From: a virus
Taxonomy: Duplodnaviria; Heunggongvirae; Uroviricota; Caudoviricetes
IMG/VR virus record: IMGVR_UViG_3300035208_001055
Span: 56,494-120,493 of that record
Length of the DNA: 64,000 bases
Reading direction: 5' to 3' (one strand)
Shown here one piece after another: positions 7,756 through 16,575 of the stretch. Position 1 is the stretch's first letter, and each line of letters begins with the position of its first letter. Both the position numbers and the translations under genes were made by a program. The notes under the pieces are model-generated. The model was given only the letters and a program-made list of their open reading frames with translations, made no database searches and was not told the origin of the DNA.

Positions 7756-8151
7756 TTATTTTAAGTTGTCTAGCATCTTGTCAATCTCATCTTGCGACGG
7801 AATCTTCCAGTTTTTCTTGACGTACTTTCTCCAATTCGGTGGCTGGAAAAGTTTGTCGTACTCTTCTTGCGTGGCGGCGACAAGAATCCAGATACCGATG
7901 CCCGCCCGCTCCCACTCGGGCCACTTAGCTTTTTGGGGTCTGGTGAAAGCGTACTTCTTTGGATTCTTCACGTCGATCCATCGTTCGCCCCACTTTCGAT
8001 GGAAACAATACAGGTCTGGGATGCCAAACTGGTAGGCATTGCCAATCATAATCTCAACATGCCATCCTCGCACTTCGAGGTAGGTAATGAGATCGCGCCG
8101 AATAAACCACTCGGGTCCGTGGTCAGGTCGTTTGATTCGTTGTGTTGGCAT
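7756..8151 (-). CDS. VRR-NUC domain nuclease (PD-(D/E)xK fold)
   Basis: GIPDLYCF...ERWIDVK matches the VRR-NUC signature G.PDL...(E)hiEVK. Confidence 0.55.
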   Translation of the reverse strand: MPTQRIKRPDHGPEWFIRRDLITYLEVRGWHVEIMIGNAYQFGIPDLYCFHRKWGERWIDVKNPKKYAFTRPQKAKWPEWERAGIGIWILVAATQEEYDKLFQPPNWRKYVKKNWKIPSQDEIDKMLDNLK

Positions 8152-8154
8152 CAG

Positions 8155-8310
8155 TCGTCTGCATCCAGGTCAAGAATATCAAACCCTTCTTTCAATCTTT
8201 CACCATAGTCCTCAGTACGACGTGGCTTACGGCGGTCCCATGAAGTGCGGCCTTCGTCAAGATCGTCTTGATCTTCGTCCGTCCAGTCTTTAGGCAGATC
8301 ACTTGGCATA
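8155..8310 (-). CDS. Small acidic hypothetical protein (~51 aa; below ORF-track cutoff)
   Basis: My own translation from the ATG at 8308: MPSDLPKDWTDEDQDDLDEGRTSWDRRKPRRTEDYGERLKEGFDILDLDADD. Its stop abuts the VRR-NUC start. Confidence 0.2.
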
Positions 8311-8559
8311 CTACACCTCGGCATGTTCGGTGGCTAGTTCTTGGTAGAGATCGAAAAGGTCCTTTTCGATCCGTTTGATGCGGCGTCCAATTTTCGGAGT
8401 CCACTTGTGGCATGGATGGCGGGCTATAACATCGCTGAATAGCTCGGCAATAAGACAAGTTCGATCTACTATCTCATGGAATCCTAGAGTCCCAGGTCGA
8501 AAATGCTTGTTCACTTGTTTCATTTGTTTACTCATTAGCACCACTCCCCGTCTTGCCAC
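8311..8559 (-). CDS. Hypothetical protein
   Basis: 82-aa ORF with protein-like composition. Preferred over the overlapping 8192..8458 ORF, which is R/T/C-rich. Confidence 0.3.
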   Translation of the reverse strand: MARRGVVLMSKQMKQVNKHFRPGTLGFHEIVDRTCLIAELFSDVIARHPCHKWTPKIGRRIKRIEKDLFDLYQELATEHAEV

Positions 8560-8846
8560 ACCACCATCTTCAACAGTCCAGCGCCTTCTTGTTCAACTCG
8601 CGTAATTCGCACGTGGCGATTAGTCTGTGTCCGATGAAGACGCCTCGCGTAGTGGTAGGCATCGGCTTTCAGGATTATTGCCACAACCTCCGGGTCTCCA
8701 ATGGCCACGGGCCTCTTACGCCAGAAGAAACGCAAAAACTTTCTTGGCAAGTAGGTCCACTTAAACACCGGCTGGAAGCAACGATCAGGAACCCATATTC
8801 CTGTGGTCGGGTCCTCCACTTCAACTTGGTAGCGATTGAATAGCAT
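8535..8846 (-). CDS. Hypothetical protein
   Basis: 103-aa ORF. Confidence 0.3.
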   Translation of the reverse strand: MLFNRYQVEVEDPTTGIWVPDRCFQPVFKWTYLPRKFLRFFWRKRPVAIGDPEVVAIILKADAYHYARRLHRTQTNRHVRITRVEQEGAGLLKMVVWQDGEWC

Positions 8847-8856
8847 TGATTAGCCT

Positions 8857-11403
8857 CTATGTCTCATTTAGGATCGGCGCTCGTATCTTCATCGTCTTCG
8901 CACCGCCCTTCTTCTCGGCCCAGTTTTGCATTCCTTGATTCCATGTCATACCAATAAGCGGGACCTGTGAACGAAATGATTCAACAACATCGTGAACGAT
9001 AGTAGCCACGGGGTCCACGGCGTCGGGGAGTGTCGGTATCATTAGTTCGTCGTGAATGTTTAACGGAGCAACAACAAACTCATGCACACCAGCCGGTTGC
9101 AAGTCCCAGATACGGCGTTCGAGAACCTTTGTAATCTGGGCACCGGGAGATTGAATTTCGTGATTAGCTGCGGCGCGCATGTTTGTCGCCTGCATGGCAA
9201 ACGCAGCCCCATACAAAGCCGACTGAACGGCACCCACAGCAAACTGCACTCGATCACGACGGCACACCTTAATCTTGTCGCCAATGATCTTCCAATGTTT
9301 CGGCGGACGGTGAGCCAACTGAAAGATTGTCTTAGCAATCTTATTTTCCAGCGTAAAGTAACGACGAAACCCCAAGAAGGACTCGATATAGTCGGCCGGT
9401 TCCGCCCACACAACAGCCTTACCCAGTCCTTCGGGCTGCGTCATCGAACAGAACAACTTGAAAGTCTTCTCACGCGCCTTCCGAACGCCAGGGAACTTGC
9501 GAAAGAATCCCTGCTCCGCTTTTTGGGCCACGTTAGGGTCAATGTGATATTTCTTCACGAGCGTATTCCAGTCGCCACCATAGATCATGGCGAACACGCC
9601 TTGTTTGCCTTTCGTATAGTAGTCAGGTTCCTTACCGTCGGACGCAAGAATATCCTCGTAAGTCTTGCCAGGGTACATTTCCATCGCAAAGAGACCGTGC
9701 AATTTCTTTGTCGCTCGCCCGGACCCGTCGCAATTCTCACACAACCCAACACACTTAGGACAGTCGGAAACCGGTGCTTTAGCTCCTTCTTTATGATGCT
9801 TTTTGCAGATCGTTTTGCCGCCGCCAAAACATTTGTGGCACTCAACTTTGGTCGTCAATGCCGACCGTAACCCCGGATCATTATACACGGCGTCCGCCAA
9901 CGTCACTTCAAACGAGTCAAAGTCACCGCCGCAAAGAATGTATCCCGACCACGCCAGAGGGAACATGCAACGCACATCAGTCGTATGCTTGATGCCTTGT
10001 GGATTCAAACCATCGCCACCAGACATACGAGTTGACAATGTGCCAATCACAATGAAACTGGCGTGAAACTTCCCGGCTCGCAGAAGTTTTTGATAGAGTT
10101 CCACTTCCTTCATAGCGATGCGGACGTTTAGAATCTCCTTCGCACGAGCAGCCGCAGGGTGCGGTCCAATAGGAAGCGTACCTAAACCACCACACCGAGG
10201 GCACTCGGAATTGGGGCCAAGATCAAGACAAAGAGTGCAAGGTTCTGGTTCTTTGATCTCCCAGCCAGAGATGGCTTCAATATGAGCCTTCTTGGTGCTG
10301 GTCTCAATATCAACGAGCGTCAATTCAACAGCATCCATTGCGGCCATCACATAGGCTTTGACATCCTTCGGCTTGTTGACATTGACTGGCGAACTAGCGA
10401 CAACGGCCCGTGACTTCGCCGCCAACTCTGCGATACCGTCGATATTGATGACAAAGCCACGCCAGCGAATCGCGGCCACCATACAGGCCAAAACTGAGTC
10501 ATCGTCGCCCGGCGTCGGATCACCAAAGTAGTGGTCGAGTTCACGGGTATAGACAATATCATCTTGAGCGTACTCACGGGCATCCGCTCGTGAAGCCCAG
10601 TGTTCAATGTTCTCTTTGATGATGCCGGGCCAAGCCTGACCAGCGGGGCGGTGTTTTCCGTCTGATCCTTTCTTCGTCACGACCCATTGCTCAAAGGGAC
10701 TTGATACAGCCAACGCCGTTGGTGCATAGCCAACTTCTATTGGACGGCGTTTAGGTTCGACATCCTTGTAGTGAAACTTAGGCTTTTTCTTCAGCAGATA
10801 TTCTGCTAAGAACTTCAAGCCGCCAGCCGGGTTAAACTTGAGAACCACATCTTTGAAATCAGGATCAATCTCGCCACGCCGGTCGTGTCGGTCGAAGACC
10901 TGCCACTTTGGCGCTTCGGGATCGTAAGACTTGGCAAAGTAGATGTTGTCGAATTTAATCCGCTGCTCCAATTCGGCAGCCAACACATACGCCAGCACAG
11001 TGGGCACACGTTTAATACGAACATCGTCACGTCCCATGAGAGACTGCATGGGACCTTTTCGAGCGTGCAACATAAGGTCCAGAGCACTGAATGGCTTTAG
11101 ACATGGACCTTCCTGGCCTTTCGGTTCCAACAAAGCAATCTCTTCAATATGTTCTTCGGGTATCCAATTCGGATCACAAAGTTTGAAGACAGTGTATATC
11201 TTACAAAGATGGAACCAGTCGAACGCAAGATTGAACCCGACGACAGTGTGTAATGCGACCCACTCAATCAACGTCAGAGTTTCATGGATAGGTCGTCGCC
11301 AGATTTCGTGCAGGGTAATCGGCCCGTCTTCCTCAGCATACTGTAACAACACAGCCATACCATGCAAACCGCAAGTTTCAGTGTCGATGTAGACTTTACT
11401 CAT
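8857..11403 (-). CDS. Family A DNA polymerase with N-terminal 3'-5' exonuclease domain and Cys-rich insertions
   Basis: Exo I VYIDTETCG. Motif A GGDFDSFEVTLA, motif B KGKQGVFAMIYGG, motif C IHDELM. Inserted CTLCLDLGPNSECPRCGG and CHKC...CPKCVGLCENCDGSG. Confidence 0.85.
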   Translation of the reverse strand: MSKVYIDTETCGLHGMAVLLQYAEEDGPITLHEIWRRPIHETLTLIEWVALHTVVGFNLAFDWFHLCKIYTVFKLCDPNWIPEEHIEEIALLEPKGQEGPCLKPFSALDLMLHARKGPMQSLMGRDDVRIKRVPTVLAYVLAAELEQRIKFDNIYFAKSYDPEAPKWQVFDRHDRRGEIDPDFKDVVLKFNPAGGLKFLAEYLLKKKPKFHYKDVEPKRRPIEVGYAPTALAVSSPFEQWVVTKKGSDGKHRPAGQAWPGIIKENIEHWASRADAREYAQDDIVYTRELDHYFGDPTPGDDDSVLACMVAAIRWRGFVINIDGIAELAAKSRAVVASSPVNVNKPKDVKAYVMAAMDAVELTLVDIETSTKKAHIEAISGWEIKEPEPCTLCLDLGPNSECPRCGGLGTLPIGPHPAAARAKEILNVRIAMKEVELYQKLLRAGKFHASFIVIGTLSTRMSGGDGLNPQGIKHTTDVRCMFPLAWSGYILCGGDFDSFEVTLADAVYNDPGLRSALTTKVECHKCFGGGKTICKKHHKEGAKAPVSDCPKCVGLCENCDGSGRATKKLHGLFAMEMYPGKTYEDILASDGKEPDYYTKGKQGVFAMIYGGDWNTLVKKYHIDPNVAQKAEQGFFRKFPGVRKAREKTFKLFCSMTQPEGLGKAVVWAEPADYIESFLGFRRYFTLENKIAKTIFQLAHRPPKHWKIIGDKIKVCRRDRVQFAVGAVQSALYGAAFAMQATNMRAAANHEIQSPGAQITKVLERRIWDLQPAGVHEFVVAPLNIHDELMIPTLPDAVDPVATIVHDVVESFRSQVPLIGMTWNQGMQNWAEKKGGAKTMKIRAPILNET

Positions 11404-11546
11404 TGTTTCTCTCGCCGACATTGTTCAAAAGGAGCCGCCTCAGAATCGCATGTGACCCTCGCGCACCACCGCGAGTTATCATTACCGGTCAGGTGTTACC
11501 GATCCTCGTCACCGGCCACACGGTTATAGGTTCACTGAGACGGCTC

Positions 11547-11900
11547 TCAAAATACATTGTAACTCCATCCTTTGCCACGAATTGTTGCGTGCGTGACTGG
11601 CGTGCTCTCAAGATTACCATTCTTGAAGACAAGCGACACTCTCAAAAGCATCCCAATCCAATTATTGATCTGCGTTTTCTTGTCCCCCGAGAATGAATGA
11701 GTCAACACACCAAGAACAGGTTGCCGCAAACGTTGATCCGTTCCGGTGACTTCGACGACAGCCTTTTCAGGAATCGTGATTTTCAACTCGAAAATCTGAT
11801 CGCTCTCCGTCTCAATCGTTATGATTGTTCCGGCTTTCTGTTTCGTGATGTCGATGCCAACTTCACTCATTGGCATCTTCGATGTGGGTTTCGATGTCAC
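11547..11900 (-). CDS. Hypothetical protein
   Basis: 117-aa ORF. Confidence 0.3.
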   Translation of the reverse strand: MTSKPTSKMPMSEVGIDITKQKAGTIITIETESDQIFELKITIPEKAVVEVTGTDQRLRQPVLGVLTHSFSGDKKTQINNWIGMLLRVSLVFKNGNLESTPVTHATIRGKGWSYNVF

Positions 11901-12708
11901 GTTTCAACTCCTCAGTTGTAATGCTACCCGCACACCAAGCTAGGATACGTGTGGGCAGACCACTTATCGGCGGTTTCCGTCCCCACAGGTAACTAATCAT
12001 ATCAGAAATCTCGGCTTTCGTCCGGCGTGCATGACGTGGATTACGCTTCCGGGCTTGGAATAATTCGTTCTTAACCCTTTTCCGTTCTTCGGGTGGTTTT
12101 AATTTCGAGTCAAGTATTCGCTTTGCAATACTAATCACAGTGAGAGGATCAGACACCCAGGGTATCAATTCATTGAGATCAGATTGCGCGAGGCGTCCTG
12201 ACTCGAAATGTTTTTGCACCTCCACGGGCATCTGTAAAAGCAGAACGCGCCTACGCACCCACTCCATGTCACGCCTAATCTCCCGTGCAATTTCCTTAAT
12301 GCTTTCACCGTGGGGGAACAACTTCTGAATGCCTCGTGCTTCCTCAACAATGTTCAAGTCTTTCCGCTCAAGATTTTCGATGTAGTTGATTTTGTCGGCT
12401 TCAAACTTGGAAAGGTCATCCGGCATCACTTTGCACGGCACCGATGTCCAACGAAGTTGTTTTACTGCCGCCATCCGTCGAAAACCAGCAAGTAACTTGT
12501 AATTGAATCCAGGTTGCTGCGTCCAAGGTTGTATAATCAAAGGGTACATTAACCCCAAAGGATGCCCGCCATTATCTGAGATACTTTGCGCCAGTGATCT
12601 AACTGCCTCCGGTAAAAATATGTCCCGAACATTGAAACCGGAGTCTATCCAAATCTCACTGATTGGAACGAGATACGTTTTATACTGAGAGAGTTCTTCG
12701 AGCATCAA
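11863..12708 (-). CDS. ParB-like nuclease domain protein
   Basis: ParB/Srx N-terminal box YKLLAGFRRMAAVKQL (GxRR..A). 281 aa. Confidence 0.55.
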   Translation of the reverse strand: MMLEELSQYKTYLVPISEIWIDSGFNVRDIFLPEAVRSLAQSISDNGGHPLGLMYPLIIQPWTQQPGFNYKLLAGFRRMAAVKQLRWTSVPCKVMPDDLSKFEADKINYIENLERKDLNIVEEARGIQKLFPHGESIKEIAREIRRDMEWVRRRVLLLQMPVEVQKHFESGRLAQSDLNELIPWVSDPLTVISIAKRILDSKLKPPEERKRVKNELFQARKRNPRHARRTKAEISDMISYLWGRKPPISGLPTRILAWCAGSITTEELKRDIETHIEDANE

Positions 12709-13664
12709 TGTACTTTCAACTCACGCAACTGTGGCACGGCCAGACCTTTGATCCAGTCAAATACTCCAATCGGCTTCCCCGGAGCGACCAATACAAAGCT
12801 ATTCACTTGTTCGGCCCACGTCCCGGTGTTGTAAACACTGGTTCCAACCGTTCCAGCAATATGCGTGTGGCCGGAGACGACCGCATGATAATCTCCACGC
12901 ACTCGTAGTCCGCACAAGTCACGATTCATGGCTTCATAACGTCCGCCCTTCCCCATCAATCGCTGGGCGAGACCCGACAGCCACTCCATCCACCCAAGAT
13001 AGGCTTTCTCAACGGTCAGATGTTTATGCAACATCGGCCCACCGTGACGGTCTTCTTTCAGACCAGTATAGATAGCGGTCGCGCGCCCAATGCCGGGAGT
13101 GTCACTGGAACAATAGGAGTCAACTTGATGTCCGTGTAGGAAATGAATATGTTGGCCATCCACTGTTTCCGTGTGAACTTCACGCATAGTTTTGAAAAAT
13201 GGGTGCTTTAGCCACGGTTCTTTTTCTCCAAGAAAATACCGAAGATCGGAGTCATGGTTCCCCAGGACATAGATGGCCTCCATCTCAGCCAACGTATCGA
13301 GAAGTTTCCTATGGTACACAATCACCCTGCTCAAATTCGCCTGCCAAAAATCAAACAAGTCGCCAACAATGATGAGTTTACCATTCGACTCGCAAACGTA
13401 ACGGAGGAAGCCAAGAAACTCATCAAGACGATGCCCGCTCGACATGTGTGCAAAATTGTCACGTGGTCCACCGTCGCCAAGATGCAGGTCCGAGACCGCA
13501 AAAATCGGACGGCACTCACGAACAATAAACGGTGTCGCAAGTGTCTGTGTTTGCCGAGATTGCACAGTAGTCAGCATTCTGTTCTCATGCAGGCGTCCAT
13601 CAAACCAACATGCTCCTGACGCGCATTCACGAACTTTCATTTCGGGTTCATCGAGTGTCACCAT
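12705..13664 (-). CDS. Calcineurin-like metallophosphoesterase
   Basis: Motifs AVSDLHLGDG, VGDLFDFW, LGNHDSD and VVSGHTHIAG, in the canonical order. Confidence 0.7.
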   Translation of the reverse strand: MVTLDEPEMKVRECASGACWFDGRLHENRMLTTVQSRQTQTLATPFIVRECRPIFAVSDLHLGDGGPRDNFAHMSSGHRLDEFLGFLRYVCESNGKLIIVGDLFDFWQANLSRVIVYHRKLLDTLAEMEAIYVLGNHDSDLRYFLGEKEPWLKHPFFKTMREVHTETVDGQHIHFLHGHQVDSYCSSDTPGIGRATAIYTGLKEDRHGGPMLHKHLTVEKAYLGWMEWLSGLAQRLMGKGGRYEAMNRDLCGLRVRGDYHAVVSGHTHIAGTVGTSVYNTGTWAEQVNSFVLVAPGKPIGVFDWIKGLAVPQLRELKVH

Positions 13665-13672
13665 GCTTCACC

Positions 13673-13978
13673 TCACAACGCTTGATTGATTTCTTCCTCA
13701 GTCCAAAGAAACTCTTGTCCATCCGAAAGACGGAGGCCGATAAATGCTACGGGACCGGATGACCACGGCTGCGATTGCAGAAATTCGTCGGCGTATCGCC
13801 CGTCCTGTAACTTATGCCGAAACAATGCGTACTCATCGAACCCATTGTAATGTCCGATCACTTCCAATGGACTAGGATATGTTCGATGGCAGCACGGGCA
13901 CGGATCAGGCTGAACTTCATGGGCCTCCAAAAAGGCAACAGCTTCCTTAGTCAGTCCGCATGATTGGTCACAACGCAT
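13673..13978 (-). CDS. Hypothetical protein (CPCCH motif)
   Basis: 101-aa ORF. Confidence 0.3.
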   Translation of the reverse strand: MRCDQSCGLTKEAVAFLEAHEVQPDPCPCCHRTYPSPLEVIGHYNGFDEYALFRHKLQDGRYADEFLQSQPWSSGPVAFIGLRLSDGQEFLWTEEEINQAL

Positions 13979-14013
13979 TGTCGCCTCCCAGTTAAGATTT
14001 CAAGAGTTCAAAG

Positions 14014-14086
14014 TTGCGGGTACAGGACTCGAACCTGTGTGGGCGGCTTATGAGGCCGCTGAGATAGCCACTTCTCGAACCCGCAA
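14014..14086 (-). tRNA. tRNA-Met (anticodon CAT; initiator vs elongator vs Ile-lysidine not resolved)
   Basis: Cloverleaf folded by hand: acceptor TGCGGGT/ACCCGCA, anticodon stem GCGGC/GCCGC, loop CTCATAA, T-arm ACAGG-TTCGAGT-CCTGT. Confidence 0.7.
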
Positions 14087-14155
14087 TAACATCTGGCACC
14101 GCGCCACCCAAGTGAAACGGTGCCGGTACTTTTTCTACCGATGGTAGGCAAGCAG

Positions 14156-14230
14156 TCAAGGTGAGAGGACTCGAACCTCCGACCCCGTGGTCCCAGGCCA
14201 CGTGCTCTAGCCAAACTGAGCTACACCCTG
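14156..14230 (-). tRNA. tRNA-Pro (anticodon TGG)
   Basis: Acceptor CAGGGTG/CACCTTG (one G.U), D-arm GCTC-AGTTTGGCTA-GAGC, anticodon stem CGTGG/CCACG, loop CCTGGGA (unusual C33), T-arm GGAGG-TTCGAGT-CCTCT. Confidence 0.65.
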
Positions 14231-14236
14231 CGCAAG

Positions 14237-14309
14237 AGCCGGTGGAGGGAATCGGACCCCCGACAAGCAGTTTACAAAACTGCGGCTCTGCCAACTGAGC
14301 TACACCGGC
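14237..14309 (-). tRNA. tRNA-Thr (anticodon TGT)
   Basis: Acceptor GCCGGTG/CACCGGC, D-arm GCTC-AGTTGGCA-GAGC, anticodon stem GCAGT/ACTGC, loop TTTGTAA. The T-loop TCCGATT is atypical (C at 55). Confidence 0.6.
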
Positions 14310-14906
14310 TTTTATTTTCTGCCAGAGATAATACTTGGTGAGCAATTTGCGATAAAGGCTTCCAGGCGATTCTCTGACATTTCCTGACGTAATCAACCCA
14401 GACCGTTCAATGGTGTTACCGACATACTGACTGCAAAAGATGCCGCGAACCTCGTAACCCTTCCACCAACCTCGCAGCATGTATGGACGGCCGAGTTGAC
14501 TCTCTGCATACTTCTTCATCTCCGCCAACTGTTTCACGGTGTAGGGTTTCCTTGGACTCATTGAAAACCAAGAAAAATCACGTCGCTTCTGGCTCTGTGT
14601 TTGCAACTCTTTTTCGTACTCGTCCAACCGTATCTTTCGCACGCATGGAGGGACTGCCTCATAGACCCACGGTTCATCATTGCCATCATACAACACAATT
14701 GCTGCGTGCGTGATGTCGCTCCCGGTATTTCTAAGAATTGGCCCAACTAAAAGACCGCCACGCCAAAAGATCACCGAACCATCTCGCGTATTCGTCGGAG
14801 ACGCCGGAGACGGAGGTGACGGTGGTTGTATCTTGTCGCCTGGAATCGGGGTCAACATTGTCAATGCCACCGCCACAGCCAACAAACCGGCAAAGTAATA
14901 TCGCAT
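14310..14906 (-). CDS. Secreted protein (signal peptide; possible permuted papain-like domain); true 3' end unclear
   Basis: N-terminus MRYYFAGLLAVAVALTMLTPIPG (signal peptide). The frame stays open through the three tRNA genes to 13992, so the real stop cannot be placed; I gave the tRNA-free part. Confidence 0.35.
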
Positions 14907-14921
14907 AACATACCTCCTATG

Positions 14922-14995
14922 TTGGACTACTAGGACTCGAACCTAGAACCTCGGCGGTATCAGCGTCGCGCTCTAACCACTTGAGCTATAGTCCA
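14922..14995 (-). tRNA. tRNA-Ile (anticodon GAT)
   Basis: Acceptor TGGACTA/TAGTCCA, D-arm GCTC-AAGTGGTTA-GAGC, anticodon loop CTGATAC (stem has one A.C mismatch), T-arm CTAGG-TTCGAGT-CCTAG. Confidence 0.6.
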
Positions 14996-15063
14996 TTAAC
15001 CGCTGATTCGTCAGACCGGCTCAGCAGTAAGCCTTTATAGGCCCACTTGCCACTGGCAAGGGA

Positions 15064-15237
15064 CTAAAAACCGCACACATACCGGATAGCGTACCACGGC
15101 CAAATCACCGTATTGTATACCAAATCTGACGTGAGTTCGCCGAACGCAGCGTGTGCCCAAAGTAGCACATTCGTTACGCCGCCCGCCCAAAACGCGAGTA
15201 GGAGTGTGACAACATAACTAATCCATTTCCTAACCAT
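15064..15237 (-). CDS. Small membrane protein
   Basis: Internal Met gives MVRKWISYVVTLLLAFWAGGVTNVLLWAHAAF... (about 57 aa, hydrophobic). Confidence 0.2.
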   Translation of the reverse strand: MVRKWISYVVTLLLAFWAGGVTNVLLWAHAAFGELTSDLVYNTVIWPWYAIRYVCGF

Positions 15238-15643
15238 GCGAGGCTCCTTGACGTAAACGAGACTCCTGCATCGTGGCGAAAATAATATCGTCGATGTCAG
15301 GCAATTCTCTGCCTTCCAAATCGAGATTCCGCACAATGAGTTGTCGTATCTCATCGGTCGCCGACGTAAAGGCGGTGGCCAACTTTTCACGAATCCCTTC
15401 AACATCGCGTGCCAGAATTTCCACCTTCTGACAGTCCCCTAGAGCCGTTTGGAAAGCAGGGTGGAGATTGTCGTTGGCGGTATGATTCGCCGTCGCCACA
15501 TCCAACGTGCGCCGTTGTGCTCTCGCATCGCTACGAGCCGCCCGTCCCAATTCATCCAACTTCTCAAGGGCGTCCCTTCCGTTCCAAACCAACGGTAACG
15601 AGTTCCACAGGTCATAGAGACCTGTTTCAATCTTCGTGTTCAT
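15230..15643 (-). CDS. Hypothetical protein
   Basis: 137-aa ORF. Confidence 0.3.
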   Translation of the reverse strand: MNTKIETGLYDLWNSLPLVWNGRDALEKLDELGRAARSDARAQRRTLDVATANHTANDNLHPAFQTALGDCQKVEILARDVEGIREKLATAFTSATDEIRQLIVRNLDLEGRELPDIDDIIFATMQESRLRQGASHG

Positions 15644-16266
15644 CGTGTAAAGACTCCTACAAAAGCCTTGGCTCCGTTCGACCAGTAATCGTTACAGACT
15701 GGTATCCCAAACTTCTTGACACGCAAGCCAAGGAGGCCGTTCAAAAGTAACTCCGGCGTCAATACGTGCGGATGGCACGTGTCGGCCGGTATCCACAGCC
15801 ACTCAAATATCCGCAAGACGCCACCGTCCTCCTTGATATGCTGCCTCGCATTCGCCAGCACCTTCAACGGGTCTTGAACATGCTGAAGTACATTGTAAAT
15901 CCAAACCTCGTCATAGAGCCCACCGGAAGGCAACTCTTCACCAGGCGCACGGACAAAACTGATGTCGTGACGACGATAGCGCCGATAGACGGAGGCAGGC
16001 CAGTTAATCGGGTCAACAACAACGAGCATGTGTGCATTATAACAACGCAACGTCATCGACACGGGGCCTCCGCCGACATCAAGTACAGACTTGCCACGCA
16101 TGTCGAGTTCGCCACCGCTATCGCCGTAGTCGTCAAACACTCCCATCTCGCGTCCGTACATCTCTTGTTTGACAAACTCTCCCCATGCACGCATCCCGAG
16201 GCAGTTACCCCAATAACCAGCCTCACCGGCCTGGGCATCTTCCCATTGTGCTTCATTCGTCGTCAT
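15640..16266 (-). CDS. Class I SAM-dependent methyltransferase
   Basis: Motif I VLDVGGGPV, and an acidic post-I strand LVVVDP. Start moved to MTTNEAQ (ATG 16264-16266); the low-complexity M/T/K stretch upstream is the antisense of the acidic-repeat gene. Confidence 0.55.
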   Translation of the reverse strand: MTTNEAQWEDAQAGEAGYWGNCLGMRAWGEFVKQEMYGREMGVFDDYGDSGGELDMRGKSVLDVGGGPVSMTLRCYNAHMLVVVDPINWPASVYRRYRRHDISFVRAPGEELPSGGLYDEVWIYNVLQHVQDPLKVLANARQHIKEDGGVLRIFEWLWIPADTCHPHVLTPELLLNGLLGLRVKKFGIPVCNDYWSNGAKAFVGVFTR

Positions 16267-16507
16267 CGTCTTCGTCCTCGTCTTCGTCTTCGTCTTCGTC
16301 GTCCCAGTCGTCGATGTCGTCGTCTTCATCTTCGTCCTCGAAGTCTTCGTCATCGTCGTCCCAGTCGTCATCTTCGTCCTCGAAGTCTTCATCATCGTCA
16401 TCCCAGTCCTCGTCGTCGAACTCGTCGAGATCATCTTCGAGGTCATCGTCAAGATCATCGTCATCATCAATGAACGGGTCGTTCAAATTCAGATCGTCAG
16501 CACTCAT
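16253..16507 (-). CDS. Hyper-acidic protein (about 70% Asp/Glu): candidate DNA-mimic / anti-restriction protein
   Basis: MSADDLNLNDPFIDDDDDLDDDLEDDLDEFDDEDWDDDDEDFEDEDDDWDDDDEDFEDEDEDDDIDDWDDEDEDEDEDEDDDDE. Strong SD (AAGGAGAG) 7-13 nt upstream of the ATG. Stop lies 8 nt before the methyltransferase ATG. Confidence 0.5.
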   Translation of the reverse strand: MSADDLNLNDPFIDDDDDLDDDLEDDLDEFDDEDWDDDDEDFEDEDDDWDDDDEDFEDEDEDDDIDDWDDEDEDEDEDEDDDDE

Positions 16508-16575
16508 GGGTTCTCTCCTTCAAAGTGATAAAACAAAAGGTCACAAGTTCCTGTCAATGGCGCTCAGTCGCCTCC

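Noticed and set aside
8192-8458. 88-aa minus-strand ORF overlapping 8311..8559
   Set aside because: R/T/C-rich composition and a 148-nt out-of-frame overlap with a more protein-like ORF. I favoured 8311..8559 plus a short acidic ORF at 8155..8310.
9082-9870. 262-aa plus-strand ORF
   Set aside because: It lies entirely inside, and antisense to, the well-supported DNA polymerase gene.
13992-14309. 3' third of ORF 13992..14906 (...GVAQLAEPQFCKLLVGGPIPS...)
   Set aside because: This segment is the translation of three tRNA genes (the typical GVAQLAE pattern), so it is not accepted as coding.
15640-16470. N-terminal 68 residues (MMMTMILTMTSK...) of the 276-aa methyltransferase ORF
   Set aside because: This low-complexity M/T/K sequence is produced by reading the acidic-repeat DNA in another frame. 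The true methyltransferase start is placed at the internal ATG 16266.
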